Shown here one piece after another: positions 1 to 10,869 of a DNA stretch of 64,000 bases. The DNA lies in the NCBI GenBank assembly GCA_021648085.1, contig JAKITS010000001.1, forward strand, positions 618,759-682,758. The letters are read 5' to 3'. The notes beneath the pieces were generated by a model, which did not search any database, was not told the DNA's origin, and worked only from the letters and a program-made list of their open reading frames with translations. A program made the position numbers and the translations under genes. Numbering within the stretch: position 1 is the first letter of the stretch; every line of letters starts with the position of its first letter. Origin of the DNA: Candidatus Magasanikiibacteriota bacterium (GTDB taxonomy: Bacteria > Patescibacteriota > Patescibacteriia > Magasanikbacterales > UBA922).

Positions 1-442
<442 letters not shown>

Positions 443-639
443 AGAGATATTAAAAACCGAAGTTTTTACCCTCTCTATAAAAGTTATTTCCTAGAGTTTC
501 TTTATTTTTTGAATAGACATTTTCCCGCTTTAGATAAACTAAAGCGATAGAAGTCTTTGTCACTTTCTTATTGTGAATTGTTTGGTTAATTACATTGTAA
601 TGTTCGACGCATTTTTTCCGTTATCTAAATGCAGTTGCA

Positions 640-668
640 AGTTTACACTATAGCCAAAAACTTGTCAA
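640..668 (-). promoter_or_regulatory. rRNA promoter, sigma70-type
   Basis: TTGACA-17 nt-TAAACT about 200 nt upstream of 16S. Confidence 0.7.
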
Positions 669-690
669 GTACTTTTATAAAAATTATACT

Positions 691-699
691 TGTGGATAA
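691..699 (-). promoter_or_regulatory. Single perfect DnaA box upstream of rRNA promoter
   Basis: TGTGGATAA is the reverse complement of TTATCCACA. Confidence 0.5.
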
Positions 700-779
700 C
701 TTTTACCATAGTAAATCACCTGTCTTCTAAAAGAAAAAAGACCTAAAAATTCAAGTCTTAAAAAACTACTTTTTATTCT

Positions 780-1481
780 TTAGACATTTTTTCTCCAATC
801 TTCTATTTTTTTATGGTCTCCACTTAATAAAATTTTTGGAACTTTCCAACCTTTAAAATCAGCAGGTTTTGTGTATTGAGAATACTCTGCACCACTACCT
901 TTTTCACCTTTTCCAAAAGTCTCCTCGTCCAAAGATTTTGGGTTTCCTAAAACACCTGGAACTAAACGACTAACCGCTTCCGTAATAATTAGAGCGCCCA
1001 ATTCTCCGCCAGCCAAAATGTAAGGACCAACTGAAATTTCTTCATCCACCATTCTTTCAACCACTCGCTGATCTACGCCTTCATACCTTCCACACACAAA
1101 AGTAAGCTCTTTATATTTTGAAAATTTTTCTGCCATTCGCTGATCAAACTGCGCACCACGCGGAGAAAGTAAAATTGTTTTTTTATTTTTTGAAACTTCG
1201 CCTGTTAAAATTTTTTTAATTTTTGAAAGTCCGTCTACGGTTTTAAACGGTAGTGCTTTTACACTTTTCAAAGCTCTATAAATTGGCTCCGGTTTCATGA
1301 CCATCCCAGCTCCGCCGCCGTATGGAGTGTCGTCAACTTTCTTATGTTTATTTTCAGAAAAATCTCGCAGATTAATTGCGTTAATTTTTATAAATTTATT
1401 TTTCTGTGCGCGTCCCAAAATACTCTCATTTGAATATTGAGATATTAATTCTGGAAAAATTGTTACTATATTAAATTTCAT
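780..1481 (-). CDS. trmD: tRNA (guanine37-N1)-methyltransferase
   Basis: VDDTPYGGGAGMV, CGRYEGVDQR, LLSGDH motifs. Confidence 0.97.
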   Translation of the reverse strand: MKFNIVTIFPELISQYSNESILGRAQKNKFIKINAINLRDFSENKHKKVDDTPYGGGAGMVMKPEPIYRALKSVKALPFKTVDGLSKIKKILTGEVSKNKKTILLSPRGAQFDQRMAEKFSKYKELTFVCGRYEGVDQRVVERMVDEEISVGPYILAGGELGALIITEAVSRLVPGVLGNPKSLDEETFGKGEKGSGAEYSQYTKPADFKGWKVPKILLSGDHKKIEDWRKNV

Positions 1482-1511
1482 ATTTTATTTTACTTCTATT
1501 ATATCAAATTT

Positions 1512-1553
1512 AAAAAACAAAAACACATCTTTTGAGGTGTGGTTTTGTTTTTT
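1512..1553 (-). terminator. Intrinsic terminator after fusA
   Basis: Imperfect inverted repeat aaaacaaaaacacatc/gaggtgtggttttgtttt with flanking A/T runs. Confidence 0.55.
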
Positions 1554-1569
1554 AAAAGTTTAAAGAAGT

Positions 1570-3645
1570 TTACTTTCTACCTTCAATTATTTTTGCTTCA
1601 ACACTTTTTGGTGCTGGTGCGTAGTGTTCAAATTCCATTGAATAACTAGCACGACCTTGAGTCATAGAACGAAGTTCTGTAGCATAACCAAACATTTCAG
1701 AAAGTGGTACAAGTGCCAAAATAATTTTTGCACTTCCACGATCTCCCATCTCTTGGATTTGACCACGCTTTGAACTCAAATTTCCCATTACATCTCCCAT
1801 ATAATCTTCCGGTGATGTAACTTCGACCTTCATAATAGGTTCTAAAATTACCGGTTTTGCTTTGTTTGCAGCTGCTTTAAATGCCATACTTGCTGCCATT
1901 TTAAATGCAATTTCTGAAGAGTCAACTTCATGATAACTACCATCATAAAGAGTAACCTTCAAATCCACAACTGGATAACCAGCAAGAATACCTCTGTCCA
2001 TTGATTCTTTCATTCCTTTTTCAATAGCTGGAATGTATTCTCTTGGAATTGTTCCACCTTTAATTTCATTTGCAAACTCAAAACCTTCACCACGCTCCGT
2101 AGGCTCCATACGGATTAGACAATGACCATACTGACCACGTCCACCAGATTGCTTCACATACTTCCCTTCTGCCTCAGAATTTGCAGTAATAGCTTCTTTA
2201 TATGCAACCTGAGGAGCACCAACATTTGCAGTGACGCCAAACTCACGCTTCATACGATCTACAATAATTTCCAAATGAAGTTCTCCCATTCCAGAAATAA
2301 TTGTCTGCAAAGTTTCATCATCTGTTCTAACTTTGAAAGAAGGGTCTTCTTCTGATAATTTCTGCAATGCAAATCCCATTTTTTCTTGGTCAGTTTTTGT
2401 AGCTGGCTCAATTGCAATGTGAATAACAGGATCTGGAAATTCAATTTTTTCCAAAATAACTTTGCGCTTTTCATCTACCAGAGTATCTCCTGTTTTTGCT
2501 TCTTTCAAACCAATTGCTGCTGCAATTTCTCCAGAATATACTTCTTGAACTTCTTCACGATTGTTTGCATGAAGACGAACGATACGACCAATCCTTTCTT
2601 TTTTGCCATTAGTAGTATTTAATACATAACTTCCAGCCTTTAGAGTACCGGCGTAAACACGGAAGAACACAAGTTTTCCAACAAATGGATCCGTTGCAAT
2701 TTTAAAAGCCATTGCTGCAAGAGGTGCGTCGTCATCTGCCACAATTTCAATTGTTTTTTCTTCATCATCTGCATCAATTCCTATAAGTGGTGGAATGTCT
2801 AACGGTGATGGTAAGAAATCTACAACACCATCCAAGACAAGTTGGACTCCAATGTTTGCCAATGCAGAACCACAGAATACTGGATAAATCTCATCCTTCA
2901 AAACCATTGTTCTAATTGCACTTTTAATATCTTGGACTGACAATTCTTCTTCACCTAAATATTTTTCCATTATAATATCATCTGCTTCTGCAACTTTTTC
3001 TACAAGTTCTGCTCTGTATTTTTCAACTTTTTCTTTCATGTCTTCTGGAATTTCAATTTCTTTAATATCGATTCCAAAATTTCCTTCAAATTTATATGCT
3101 TTTCTTTTTATCAAATCTATAACCCCAGACAAGCTTGATTCTTGTCCAATTGGAAGTTGTACAGCAAAAGCTTTCTTAGAAAGCCTTTCTCTAATAGAAT
3201 TTATACTCATGTAAAAATCAGCTCCTACTTTATCCATTTTATTTATAAAACAAATTCTAGGTACTGAATATTTATCTGCTTGACGCCATACAGTTTCTGA
3301 TTGAGGTTCTACTCCTTGTGAACTATCAAAAACTGCAACAGCCCCATCCAAAACACGAAGTGAGCGCTCAACTTCTATTGTAAAATCTACATGTCCTGGA
3401 GTGTCAATAATATTGATACGAGTATCTTTCCAAAAACAAGTTGTAGCAGCAGAAGTAATAGTAATGCCACGCTCTTTTTCTTGTTCCATCCAGTCCATTT
3501 CAGCAGCCCCTTCATGAACTTCTCCAATTTTATGCTTACGACCAGTATAATACAAAATACGCTCAGTAGTTGTTGTCTTACCAGCGTCAATGTGAGCCAT
3601 GATTCCTATATTTCTAGTTTTATCTAACGAATATTCACGAGCCAT
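1570..3645 (-). CDS. fusA: Elongation factor G
   Basis: [32 protein letters not shown]. Confidence 0.99.
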   Translation of the reverse strand: MAREYSLDKTRNIGIMAHIDAGKTTTTERILYYTGRKHKIGEVHEGAAEMDWMEQEKERGITITSAATTCFWKDTRINIIDTPGHVDFTIEVERSLRVLDGAVAVFDSSQGVEPQSETVWRQADKYSVPRICFINKMDKVGADFYMSINSIRERLSKKAFAVQLPIGQESSLSGVIDLIKRKAYKFEGNFGIDIKEIEIPEDMKEKVEKYRAELVEKVAEADDIIMEKYLGEEELSVQDIKSAIRTMVLKDEIYPVFCGSALANIGVQLVLDGVVDFLPSPLDIPPLIGIDADDEEKTIEIVADDDAPLAAMAFKIATDPFVGKLVFFRVYAGTLKAGSYVLNTTNGKKERIGRIVRLHANNREEVQEVYSGEIAAAIGLKEAKTGDTLVDEKRKVILEKIEFPDPVIHIAIEPATKTDQEKMGFALQKLSEEDPSFKVRTDDETLQTIISGMGELHLEIIVDRMKREFGVTANVGAPQVAYKEAITANSEAEGKYVKQSGGRGQYGHCLIRMEPTERGEGFEFANEIKGGTIPREYIPAIEKGMKESMDRGILAGYPVVDLKVTLYDGSYHEVDSSEIAFKMAASMAFKAAANKAKPVILEPIMKVEVTSPEDYMGDVMGNLSSKRGQIQEMGDRGSAKIILALVPLSEMFGYATELRSMTQGRASYSMEFEHYAPAPKSVEAKIIEGRK

Positions 3646-3728
3646 ATTTTTAATTTAAGTTAAAAGATATAAACGGAAAGATACAAATAGTTAATTTGTA
3701 TCTTCGTCTTTATTATAGATTAGAAAAA

Positions 3729-4208
3729 TTAACGTCTAAATCTTGCGAAGTGAGCAAATGCTTTATTTGCTTCTGCCATACGATGAGTATCTTCTTTCTT
3801 TTTCATTGCACCACCTACTCCTTCCATTACATCCATCATTTCTGAAGCCAATCTGTCTATCATTGCTTTTCCTTTTCTTTTTCTAGCAGCTTCCACAAGC
3901 CAACGAAATGCTAAAGCATCCTGCCTTGTTCCTACAACTGGCATTGGCACTTGATAGTTTGCCCCACCAACTCTTCGACTTCTTACCTCTACTTGAGGTT
4001 TTACAATTTCAATAACCTTTTTAAAAACTTCCAATTGTTTTTCACCAGTTTTTTCAGCAACAATATCCAATGCACCATATACAATTCTTTGTGCCGTTGT
4101 TTTCTTTCCACTTTCCATTACAAAGTTGATAAATCTTGCAAGTAGCAAGTCACCATATTTTGCTTCTGGAGCAATTATTCTTTTTGGTATTTTTTTTCCT
4201 CTAGCCAT
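3729..4208 (-). CDS. rpsG: 30S ribosomal protein S7
   Basis: RRVGGANYQVP, HRMAEANKAFAHF. Confidence 0.99.
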   Translation of the reverse strand: MARGKKIPKRIIAPEAKYGDLLLARFINFVMESGKKTTAQRIVYGALDIVAEKTGEKQLEVFKKVIEIVKPQVEVRSRRVGGANYQVPMPVVGTRQDALAFRWLVEAARKRKGKAMIDRLASEMMDVMEGVGGAMKKKEDTHRMAEANKAFAHFARFRR

Positions 4209-4211
4209 ATA

Positions 4212-4631
4212 TTATTTTTTTGGTTTTTTAACACCGTACATTGATCTACTTCTCTTTCTACCTTCAACTCCTTGTGTATCGTATACACCACGAACGATGT
4301 GATAACGAACACCCGGCAAGTCTTTAACACGCCCACCACGAATCAACACGATTGAATGCTCTTGTAAGTTGTGTCCTTCACCTGGAATATATGCAATAAT
4401 TTCAGCACCATTCGAAAGACGAACTTTTGCTACTTTACGAAGCGCTGAGTTAGGTTTCTTTGGGGTAGCTGTATAAACTTTTGTACACACACCTCTTTTA
4501 AATGGACTACCACGTCTCAACATTGTCTTCTTTCTGTGAAGACTGTCATATGTGTATTGCAAAACAGGAGATTCTGATTTCTTCTTTTTTTTCTTTCTTC
4601 CTTTGCGGAGAATTTGATTCATTGTTGGCAT
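4212..4631 (-). CDS. rpsL: 30S ribosomal protein S12
   Basis: [23 protein letters not shown]; start set to MPTMNQ ATG at 4631. Confidence 0.98.
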   Translation of the reverse strand: MPTMNQILRKGRKKKKKKSESPVLQYTYDSLHRKKTMLRRGSPFKRGVCTKVYTATPKKPNSALRKVAKVRLSNGAEIIAYIPGEGHNLQEHSIVLIRGGRVKDLPGVRYHIVRGVYDTQGVEGRKRSRSMYGVKKPKK

Positions 4632-4728
4632 AACTATTTTTTCTAAAGTTAAATTTAATTTAGGTGACGGCAACTCAAATCAACCACTTAAATTAAATCT
4701 AATAAATTTAAATTTCTAAAGCGTCATC

Positions 4729-4757
4729 ATTATACGAGAAATATAAAAAAATGTCAA
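4729..4757 (-). promoter_or_regulatory. str operon promoter
   Basis: Perfect TTGACA-17 nt-TATAAT. Confidence 0.85.
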
Positions 4758-5112
4758 GTATATAATATAAAATAAAGATAAATTAAATTAGTTATCATAA
4801 TAAAACCAATTATTATATATATCATTTTAATTTTAAATAAACAAAACTCTTTTTTAAAATCTATCAACTTTTTATTAAGTAAATACTTATTTATATATTT
4901 ATTTTCAATTATTATTAAAGAATTTTTAATAACTTGTTGATTTTTATTGTGTTTATATAATATTATTAAAATATGAAATATTTATAATAAATAAATTTAT
5001 TAATTTATTTTACATTAATTGATCATATTTTTTATAATCATTTGACCATATCTTATATAATTTTAATATATCGGATGGAATTTTACTAAACATATTTATT
5101 AAAAATAAATAT

Positions 5113-5760
5113 TTAAAAAAATAAATTTTCTAATAAATAAAAAGCTTGGTTTGTAAATAAACCGTAAGTTTTTAAAATAATTGGAAACACAATTCGAGAA
5201 AAAGAAAAAATAAAGATTAAAAGGATGAAAAATCCATATCTTTCTAAGGTTTCTTTTACATGTGCCATAGAATCTGGCAAAAGTGCGTACAAAAGTTTTG
5301 AGCCGTCGAGCGGTGGGATTGGAATCATATTGAAAACACCAAGTAAAACATTTGCATAAACTATAATAGCAAAAAATTCTGATATACTTTTTGAAATACT
5401 TAAATAAGGTGTTAAACGAATTAATAAGCCAAAAACCAAAGCTAAACTAAAATTGGACAACGGTCCAGCAATAGCAACATAAACTGGTCCCCATTTTTGA
5501 TCTTTGAGATTGTAGGGATTGTATGGAACAGGCTTGGCGTAAGCAAACAAAAAAGAACCACCAGAAACTAGAAATAAAAACAAAGGCATCAAAATTGTAC
5601 CCCACATATCTATATGTTTGCGCGGATCTAATGTTAAGCGTCCAGCGTATTTTGCAGTTGGGTCACCAAGTTTGTCTGCAGCCCAAGCATGGGCATACTC
5701 GTGTAAAATTGCAGACATAAGTAATGAGGTAAAAAAGAAGAAAAGTGGTAAATAACTCAT
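5113..5760 (-). CDS. Site-2 protease family (M50) membrane metalloprotease
   Basis: HEYAH, AGPLSN, NMIPIPPLDG. Confidence 0.93.
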   Translation of the reverse strand: MSYLPLFFFFTSLLMSAILHEYAHAWAADKLGDPTAKYAGRLTLDPRKHIDMWGTILMPLFLFLVSGGSFLFAYAKPVPYNPYNLKDQKWGPVYVAIAGPLSNFSLALVFGLLIRLTPYLSISKSISEFFAIIVYANVLLGVFNMIPIPPLDGSKLLYALLPDSMAHVKETLERYGFFILLIFIFSFSRIVFPIILKTYGLFTNQAFYLLENLFF

Positions 5761-5879
5761 AATTTATTGTTTAAACTTGACAAGTACTATATTTATCTAT
5801 ATAATTATCGTGAATAAGAACTAACTCCAAGAATTATAAACAGAAGACTGAGATAAGTCAACACTATTATAACAAATAT

Positions 5880-6044
5880 ATGGCTAAATGTGCTAAATGT
5901 AAGAAAGGTTCAAAAAAAGCAGCGAACCGTTCACATGCAAAAAACAAAACTTTGAGACGGCAAAAACCAAACCTACAAAAACATAATGGTGAGTTGGTTT
6001 GCACAAGATGTGTTAGAACAGAAAAAAAACACCAAACTGCTTAA
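5880..6044 (+). CDS. rpmB: 50S ribosomal protein L28 (not in ORF track)
   Basis: MAKCAKCKKGSKKAANRSHAKNKTLRRQKPNLQ...VCTRCVRT, Zn-binding L28 pattern. Confidence 0.93.
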   Translation: MAKCAKCKKGSKKAANRSHAKNKTLRRQKPNLQKHNGELVCTRCVRTEKKHQTA

Positions 6045-6059
6045 ATTTTTATACAAAGA

Positions 6060-6089
6060 AAAAAGGCACCTGAGTTCAGGTGCCTTTTT
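6060..6089 (+). terminator. Intrinsic terminator after rpmB
   Basis: aaaaggcacctga-gt-tcaggtgcctttt. Confidence 0.8.
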
Positions 6090-6128
6090 GTTATTATATA
6101 AAAAAGAGGTCGAAACCTCTTTATAAAA

Positions 6129-6425
6129 CTAAACCTCCCCTTGCAAACGCATTTCACATAAAATTTCTTCGTAACAAATTTCTGTTAATTCTCTAAATTT
6201 TTGAAGCCACGCTTTTACAAAAAGTGCATACTCACCGTTATTTTCTTTTATCCAGAATAAAAATCTCTCCACTTTAGTTTTACAGATTTCTCGTAAATCA
6301 TCCTGCAAAACACCCTTTATTATATTGTATGATTCTACAAATAATGTTAGCTGGACAATTAAATTTTCTAATTCTAGGGAGTTACATTTTAAAATATCTT
6401 CCAAGAATCTATGATACTCTTCCAT
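6129..6425 (-). CDS. Hypothetical protein (SD-led ORFan)
   Basis: AGGAGG-ctcta-ATG; terminator aaaagaggt-cgaa-acctctttt at 6101-6124. Confidence 0.7.
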   Translation of the reverse strand: MEEYHRFLEDILKCNSLELENLIVQLTLFVESYNIIKGVLQDDLREICKTKVERFLFWIKENNGEYALFVKAWLQKFRELTEICYEEILCEMRLQGEV

Positions 6426-6510
6426 TAGAGCCTCCTATGTTTATGAAATGAGCGCTATGGCACGAAAAGAACTCAAAACTATTTTTTTAAAACAGTTTTC
6501 AATTCTCTTC

Positions 6511-6547
6511 AAAATAAATACTCCGCTTTTTACGGAGTATTTATTTT
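6511..6547 (-). terminator. Intrinsic terminator after the small Cys-rich ORF
   Basis: aaaataaatactccg-cttttta-cggagtatttatttt. Confidence 0.8.
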
Positions 6548-6555
6548 ATTTTGTT

Positions 6556-6642
6556 TTATTTGTGATCTCCGCCACAATTACCACCACAGCAATCACCGTC
6601 TTTTTCATCGTCGCAACCACTGCAAAACATTACTCCATTCAT
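6556..6642 (-). CDS. Small Cys-rich peptide MNGVMFCSGCDDEKDGDCCGGNCGGDHK (28 aa, not in ORF track)
   Basis: Own TTGACA-17-TAAACT promoter (6665-6693), core-type aaaaatATG start, terminator directly downstream. Confidence 0.7.
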   Translation of the reverse strand: MNGVMFCSGCDDEKDGDCCGGNCGGDHK

Positions 6643-6695
6643 ATTTTTTGAATTTATAAAAATTAGTTTACTATAAAATTCTATTTTTGTCAATA

Positions 6696-7175
6696 CTAAG
6701 CACGCTCATCTTCCATATAAATGTGCAAGAAGTCTGTTTTGTTGTAGTCAAAGATTTCATGTGATTCAAAAAATCTCTCTGTTTCAATTTTTCCATTTTC
6801 TGCACTATCTGAACAGTGAACTACATTACACATTCCCATTGCCAAGTCCCCGCGAATAGTACCACCGTCTGCTTGACCAGCATTTGTAATACCAGCGACT
6901 AGACGAACTGCATTTGCAGCATTTTTACCTTCCAAACAAATGATAACCACAGGATTTGATTTCATAAAATTTTCAACTCCTTGATAAAAAGGCTTTTCAG
7001 CAATGTGTGCATAATGCTCGCGAAGTTTTTCTGGATTTAGTTGCGCCATTTTTAGACCAACCAACTTTAAACCTTTTCTTTCCAATCTACCTAAAATTTC
7101 CCCGACCAAACCACGCTGTACTCCGTCTGGTTTTACAATCAATAAAGTCTTTTCGTAAATTCCATCGAATTTCAT
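6696..7175 (-). CDS. ndk: Nucleoside-diphosphate kinase
   Basis: KPDGVQRGLVGEI, GTIRGD, NVVHCSDS. Confidence 0.96.
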   Translation of the reverse strand: MKFDGIYEKTLLIVKPDGVQRGLVGEILGRLERKGLKLVGLKMAQLNPEKLREHYAHIAEKPFYQGVENFMKSNPVVIICLEGKNAANAVRLVAGITNAGQADGGTIRGDLAMGMCNVVHCSDSAENGKIETERFFESHEIFDYNKTDFLHIYMEDERA

Positions 7176-7218
7176 ATTTTTTATTTAATGTTTAATATAA
7201 ACAAATATAACTATTTTT

Positions 7219-9231
7219 TTACAATTCGTCAATACTTTTCAAGAAACTAGAGTGTTTTGGGATATCATCATCAAAAGGAACATAGGAAATTTCATCTATA
7301 TCATCGCTTGGATCTGTAAAAACTGAAGTCTCTCTACATCTCTCATCTGTTAAATTTCTACTATTCATTTCACCTATAAACAAACTAGGTCCAGAAAATA
7401 AATTTCCAAACCCACCAGACTCAGAATATGTCATAAACAAGTGAGTTTTGGCGCGAGTAATCGCAACATAAAAAAGTCTTCGCTCTTCTTCTAAACCATC
7501 TTTTTCTCGCATTGCACGCTCGTTTGGAAACTGTCCCGCCGCCAAATTTATAATAAAAACTACATCCCATTCCAAACCTTTTGCTTGGTGAATTGTAGAG
7601 AGAATTACAGCGTCTTCATTTCTTTCTTTTTTCATATCTTTTCTAGCATTTCCTTCTTGTAAAGCAGACTCGGCCAAAAATTTTCCCAAATTATCGTATT
7701 TTTCTGCAAAACTTACAAGCTGTTCTATGTCTTGCACACGCTCTCTATAATTATCATATTCACTTTTTAAATACTGAACATAAATTGAGCTCAATATAGC
7801 CTCGATCAAAGTTCCAGGTTTTTTTGCTTGAACATTTATTATATCCTTCCAAATTTGCACAAAATCTCCCCACCCTATTTTTGCTCGTGCCGACATTGGA
7901 ATTTCTGCAGAAATTAATTCCTCTGAAGTTAAATCCTTTACAATTGCAATTATTTTTTGAGCTGTCACAAGACCAATTCCAGACTGCATATTTAAAACCC
8001 TATTCCAAGAAACCATATCTTTTGGGTTTGAATAAATTCGCAAAAATGCCAAAACATCTTTGATGTGTGCACGCTCAAAAAATCGAATTCCACCTCTATA
8101 TTCATAGTCAATTCCCAAACTATTCAACTCCATTTCCAGTGCTTGTGAGTGGTGCGTTGAACGAAATAAAACTGCTATCTTTTTTATTCCGTCATTTTGA
8201 AATTCTGAAATTTTATCTGCAATATATTCTGCTTCATTTTTTTGATGATAAAAAGAATTTAGCTCTGGCGTCACATTTACTTCTCGATGACTTTTCAAAA
8301 CCTTACGAAATTGTTTTAGATTTTTTTCTATTACATCGTTTGCAAGCCCCAAAATATTTGGAGTTGATCTGTAATTTGTCTCCAACTTAAAAATTTTAGT
8401 GCCTTCATATTTTTTTGGAAAATCCAAAATATTATTTACATTTGCAGCGCGAAAAGAATAAATACTTTGCGCATCATCACCAACCACCAAAATATTTTTG
8501 TGTACCGAAGCTAGTAAATTTATAATTGAGTCCTGAATTTTATTTGTATCTTGATACTCATCCACCAAAACATATTTAAATTTGCCAGCATAATAATCCA
8601 ACATTTCTGGTGAAGATTGAAGAAGTCTGTAAAAATTTATCAGCAAATCATCGAAGTCCATTGAATTTGAAAGTTTTTTACGCTTTTCATATTCATTGAA
8701 AATATGTCCCAAATCATCTCTTAAATTTAAAAAATGTGGATATTTTAAATTTATAACATCTTGCAAACCCATCTCGGAATTTCTAGAAAAACTAAAAATA
8801 GATTGTAAAACTTTTGTAGATGGAAATTTTTGACCAGTTTTTTGGACACCCTCTTGCTTCACACAAATCTTTATCAAATCCCTACTATCCTCGCTATCCA
8901 AAACTGTAAAATTATTTGAATAACCAAGTACTACTGCTCGCCTTTTCAAAATTTTGAAAGCAATACTGTGAAATGTCCCAGCCCACGGCAGACGAGTTTC
9001 ACCTCTTGTTATTTCTTGCACACGAGTTAGCATTTCGCGCGACGCTTTATTTGTAAAAGTGACAAGCAAAATATTTTCCGGATTTACCCCCTGCTCCAAC
9101 AAATGTGCCACTCGATAAGTAATAGTCCTAGTCTTACCACTTCCAGCTCCAGCCAACACCAAACAAGCCCCATCTCCATCGGTGATAACTTTTACCTGTT
9201 CGCTATTCAATTCGTTATTATAGTCAATCAT
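7219..9231 (-). CDS. pcrA: UvrD/PcrA-family SF1 DNA helicase
   Basis: AGAGSGKT, VDEYQDTN, STIHQAKGLEW, EERRLFYVAITRA. Confidence 0.93.
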   Translation of the reverse strand: MIDYNNELNSEQVKVITDGDGACLVLAGAGSGKTRTITYRVAHLLEQGVNPENILLVTFTNKASREMLTRVQEITRGETRLPWAGTFHSIAFKILKRRAVVLGYSNNFTVLDSEDSRDLIKICVKQEGVQKTGQKFPSTKVLQSIFSFSRNSEMGLQDVINLKYPHFLNLRDDLGHIFNEYEKRKKLSNSMDFDDLLINFYRLLQSSPEMLDYYAGKFKYVLVDEYQDTNKIQDSIINLLASVHKNILVVGDDAQSIYSFRAANVNNILDFPKKYEGTKIFKLETNYRSTPNILGLANDVIEKNLKQFRKVLKSHREVNVTPELNSFYHQKNEAEYIADKISEFQNDGIKKIAVLFRSTHHSQALEMELNSLGIDYEYRGGIRFFERAHIKDVLAFLRIYSNPKDMVSWNRVLNMQSGIGLVTAQKIIAIVKDLTSEELISAEIPMSARAKIGWGDFVQIWKDIINVQAKKPGTLIEAILSSIYVQYLKSEYDNYRERVQDIEQLVSFAEKYDNLGKFLAESALQEGNARKDMKKERNEDAVILSTIHQAKGLEWDVVFIINLAAGQFPNERAMREKDGLEEERRLFYVAITRAKTHLFMTYSESGGFGNLFSGPSLFIGEMNSRNLTDERCRETSVFTDPSDDIDEISYVPFDDDIPKHSSFLKSIDEL

Positions 9232-9290
9232 ATTTATTTAAAGTAAGACTATATAATATCAAAAATAGTGTAAATAAAAAAGCACCTATT

Positions 9291-9713
9291 TTAAAGGTGC
9301 TTGTTTTGGAGAATTCGTAATACTTCCATTAGATCTTTTAGAAATTCATCAATTTGTTTAATATACTTAATATCATGATTAATAAGCCAAAGATCGCTTT
9401 TCAAAAATGTTTTATATCCAATAAATCTTTGGGTACACTCTTATCTTCTTTTTCGAAGTTCTAACCAAAACTTAGCATTATCTTTTAAATTATTCAAAAT
9501 AAGAATTTCATCTTCACTAAAATTCTCAGATACAGAAATATTTTTTATTTCAATTCTTTTTTCTGCAAACCAATTTTCATCTCTAAAATATTCATCATAA
9601 AATACTTTTGCCAATCTCTTTTTTTCTTTTGAATATTCGTAATATTTTATCGGCAAAACAACAAGCCACAAAATAATAAATAAAACAAAACAAAATTGAA
9701 TTGTTTCAAACAT
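9291..9713 (-). pseudogene. Membrane-anchored ORFan paralog interrupted by in-frame TAA at 9441-9443
   Basis: Frame stays open 49 codons past the stop, to a TAA at 9291 inside the terminator hairpin; similar to neighbouring ORFs. Confidence 0.6.
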
Positions 9714-9812
9714 GTCACTTCCTAAAATGAAAAGAACTTTACCTGCCTAAATATAAACTAAAAATATATTTTTGTCAATAAAAAAAGACGGCTAAATTTA
9801 GCCGTCGTGTTT

Positions 9813-10328
9813 TTAATGAAGATAACTCTCGTCATCTTTTTTTATATTAAAATCCTCTTTCAACTCTTCCAACTCGACAATCAAATCTTCAATCTCATCG
9901 AAGAGGCTTTCCAAAAAAATATCCTCTTCTTTTATTTTTTCTATACCAGATTCAATAATCAAAACATCAAGCCTCAAAACAAAAAAGTTGGTAATTGGAT
10001 AATGTATTTTATTTATATTTTTTTGTACACTATCTTGAAACCCTCTTTTTCTTTCTAAAGACCTTTCAATCATTGTGTGATTTTGCAATGATAAGGCATA
10101 AATACTAGCATCTGGATATTCCAAAAATAAAAAATTTCTATAACTTTCAGACGATTTACTTTGTTTTTTATACCAACTATTTTCCAAACAATATAAATCT
10201 CTAAATTTTTCTACTAATTCTTTTTTTCTTTTTTGAAGTTTTATTACAGTCCAAGGTCTAATCCAAAAAAGTGCTGAAAAAATAAAAAGTACAATTGAAA
10301 CAGAAAGGAAAATACTTTCAATACTCAT
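9813..10328 (-). CDS. Hypothetical N-terminally anchored coiled-coil protein (paralog array)
   Basis: N-terminal TM helix; AAGGGG SD; own promoter and terminator. Confidence 0.75.
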   Translation of the reverse strand: MSIESIFLSVSIVLFIFSALFWIRPWTVIKLQKRKKELVEKFRDLYCLENSWYKKQSKSSESYRNFLFLEYPDASIYALSLQNHTMIERSLERKRGFQDSVQKNINKIHYPITNFFVLRLDVLIIESGIEKIKEEDIFLESLFDEIEDLIVELEELKEDFNIKKDDESYLH

Positions 10329-10406
10329 TTAAACCCCTTTGTTGTATTTATATACCCAAATAAATATAAACCATTTTTCACATTTTGTCAATAAAAAAGC
10401 GTCCAA

Positions 10407-10868
10407 TTAAGAACGCTTTGTTTTTTTATTTAAAAGTTTTTTAAACTCAGAAAATAATTTTTCCAAATCTTTATCATCTTTTTCAAGAGATTGTAATAAA
10501 ACTTCCAACCCTTTAATTTCAAGAGAGACACCTCTTAATGACCAAATAATTTTGTGTCTATGTTTAAATTTATTTAATAAACTATCTTGCGATAATTTAC
10601 GCGAATAGAGTGTTTCTAAAATTCTATAATTTATAAAACTTATATTTTTTAAAGTTTTATTTTCTGCAGAATCCTGCAATTTAGAAAAGTACTCAAAAGA
10701 TTCTAACTTCTTTTTTTCATAATATGTTACATCTTTAAATAAAAACCTAAAAAAATTCTCAGTTAATCTTACTCTTTTTTGATTTAGTTTATAAAATTCA
10801 ATCAATCTTTCGAAAAAGAAAAGAAAACAACCAGCTAAAATTATAATCACAAAGATATAATAATACAT
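10407..10868 (-). CDS. Hypothetical N-terminally anchored protein (paralog array)
   Basis: TM helix, then KRVRLTENFFRFLFKDVTYYEKK; AAGGAG SD. Confidence 0.75.
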   Translation of the reverse strand: MYYYIFVIIILAGCFLFFFERLIEFYKLNQKRVRLTENFFRFLFKDVTYYEKKKLESFEYFSKLQDSAENKTLKNISFINYRILETLYSRKLSQDSLLNKFKHRHKIIWSLRGVSLEIKGLEVLLQSLEKDDKDLEKLFSEFKKLLNKKTKRS

Positions 10869-10869
10869 T

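Noticed and set aside
590-612. GAACATTACAAT in the 16S leader as the native boxA
   Set aside because: Position is plausible, but the match to canonical boxA and to the cassette motif is too weak to call without alignments.
691-699. DnaA boxes here and at 27748-27756 as a replication origin
   Set aside because: Single isolated boxes, with no cluster and no dnaA/dnaN in the window.
1490-1569. tuf missing after fusA
   Set aside because: True in this window, but split str operons are common; tuf is presumably elsewhere.
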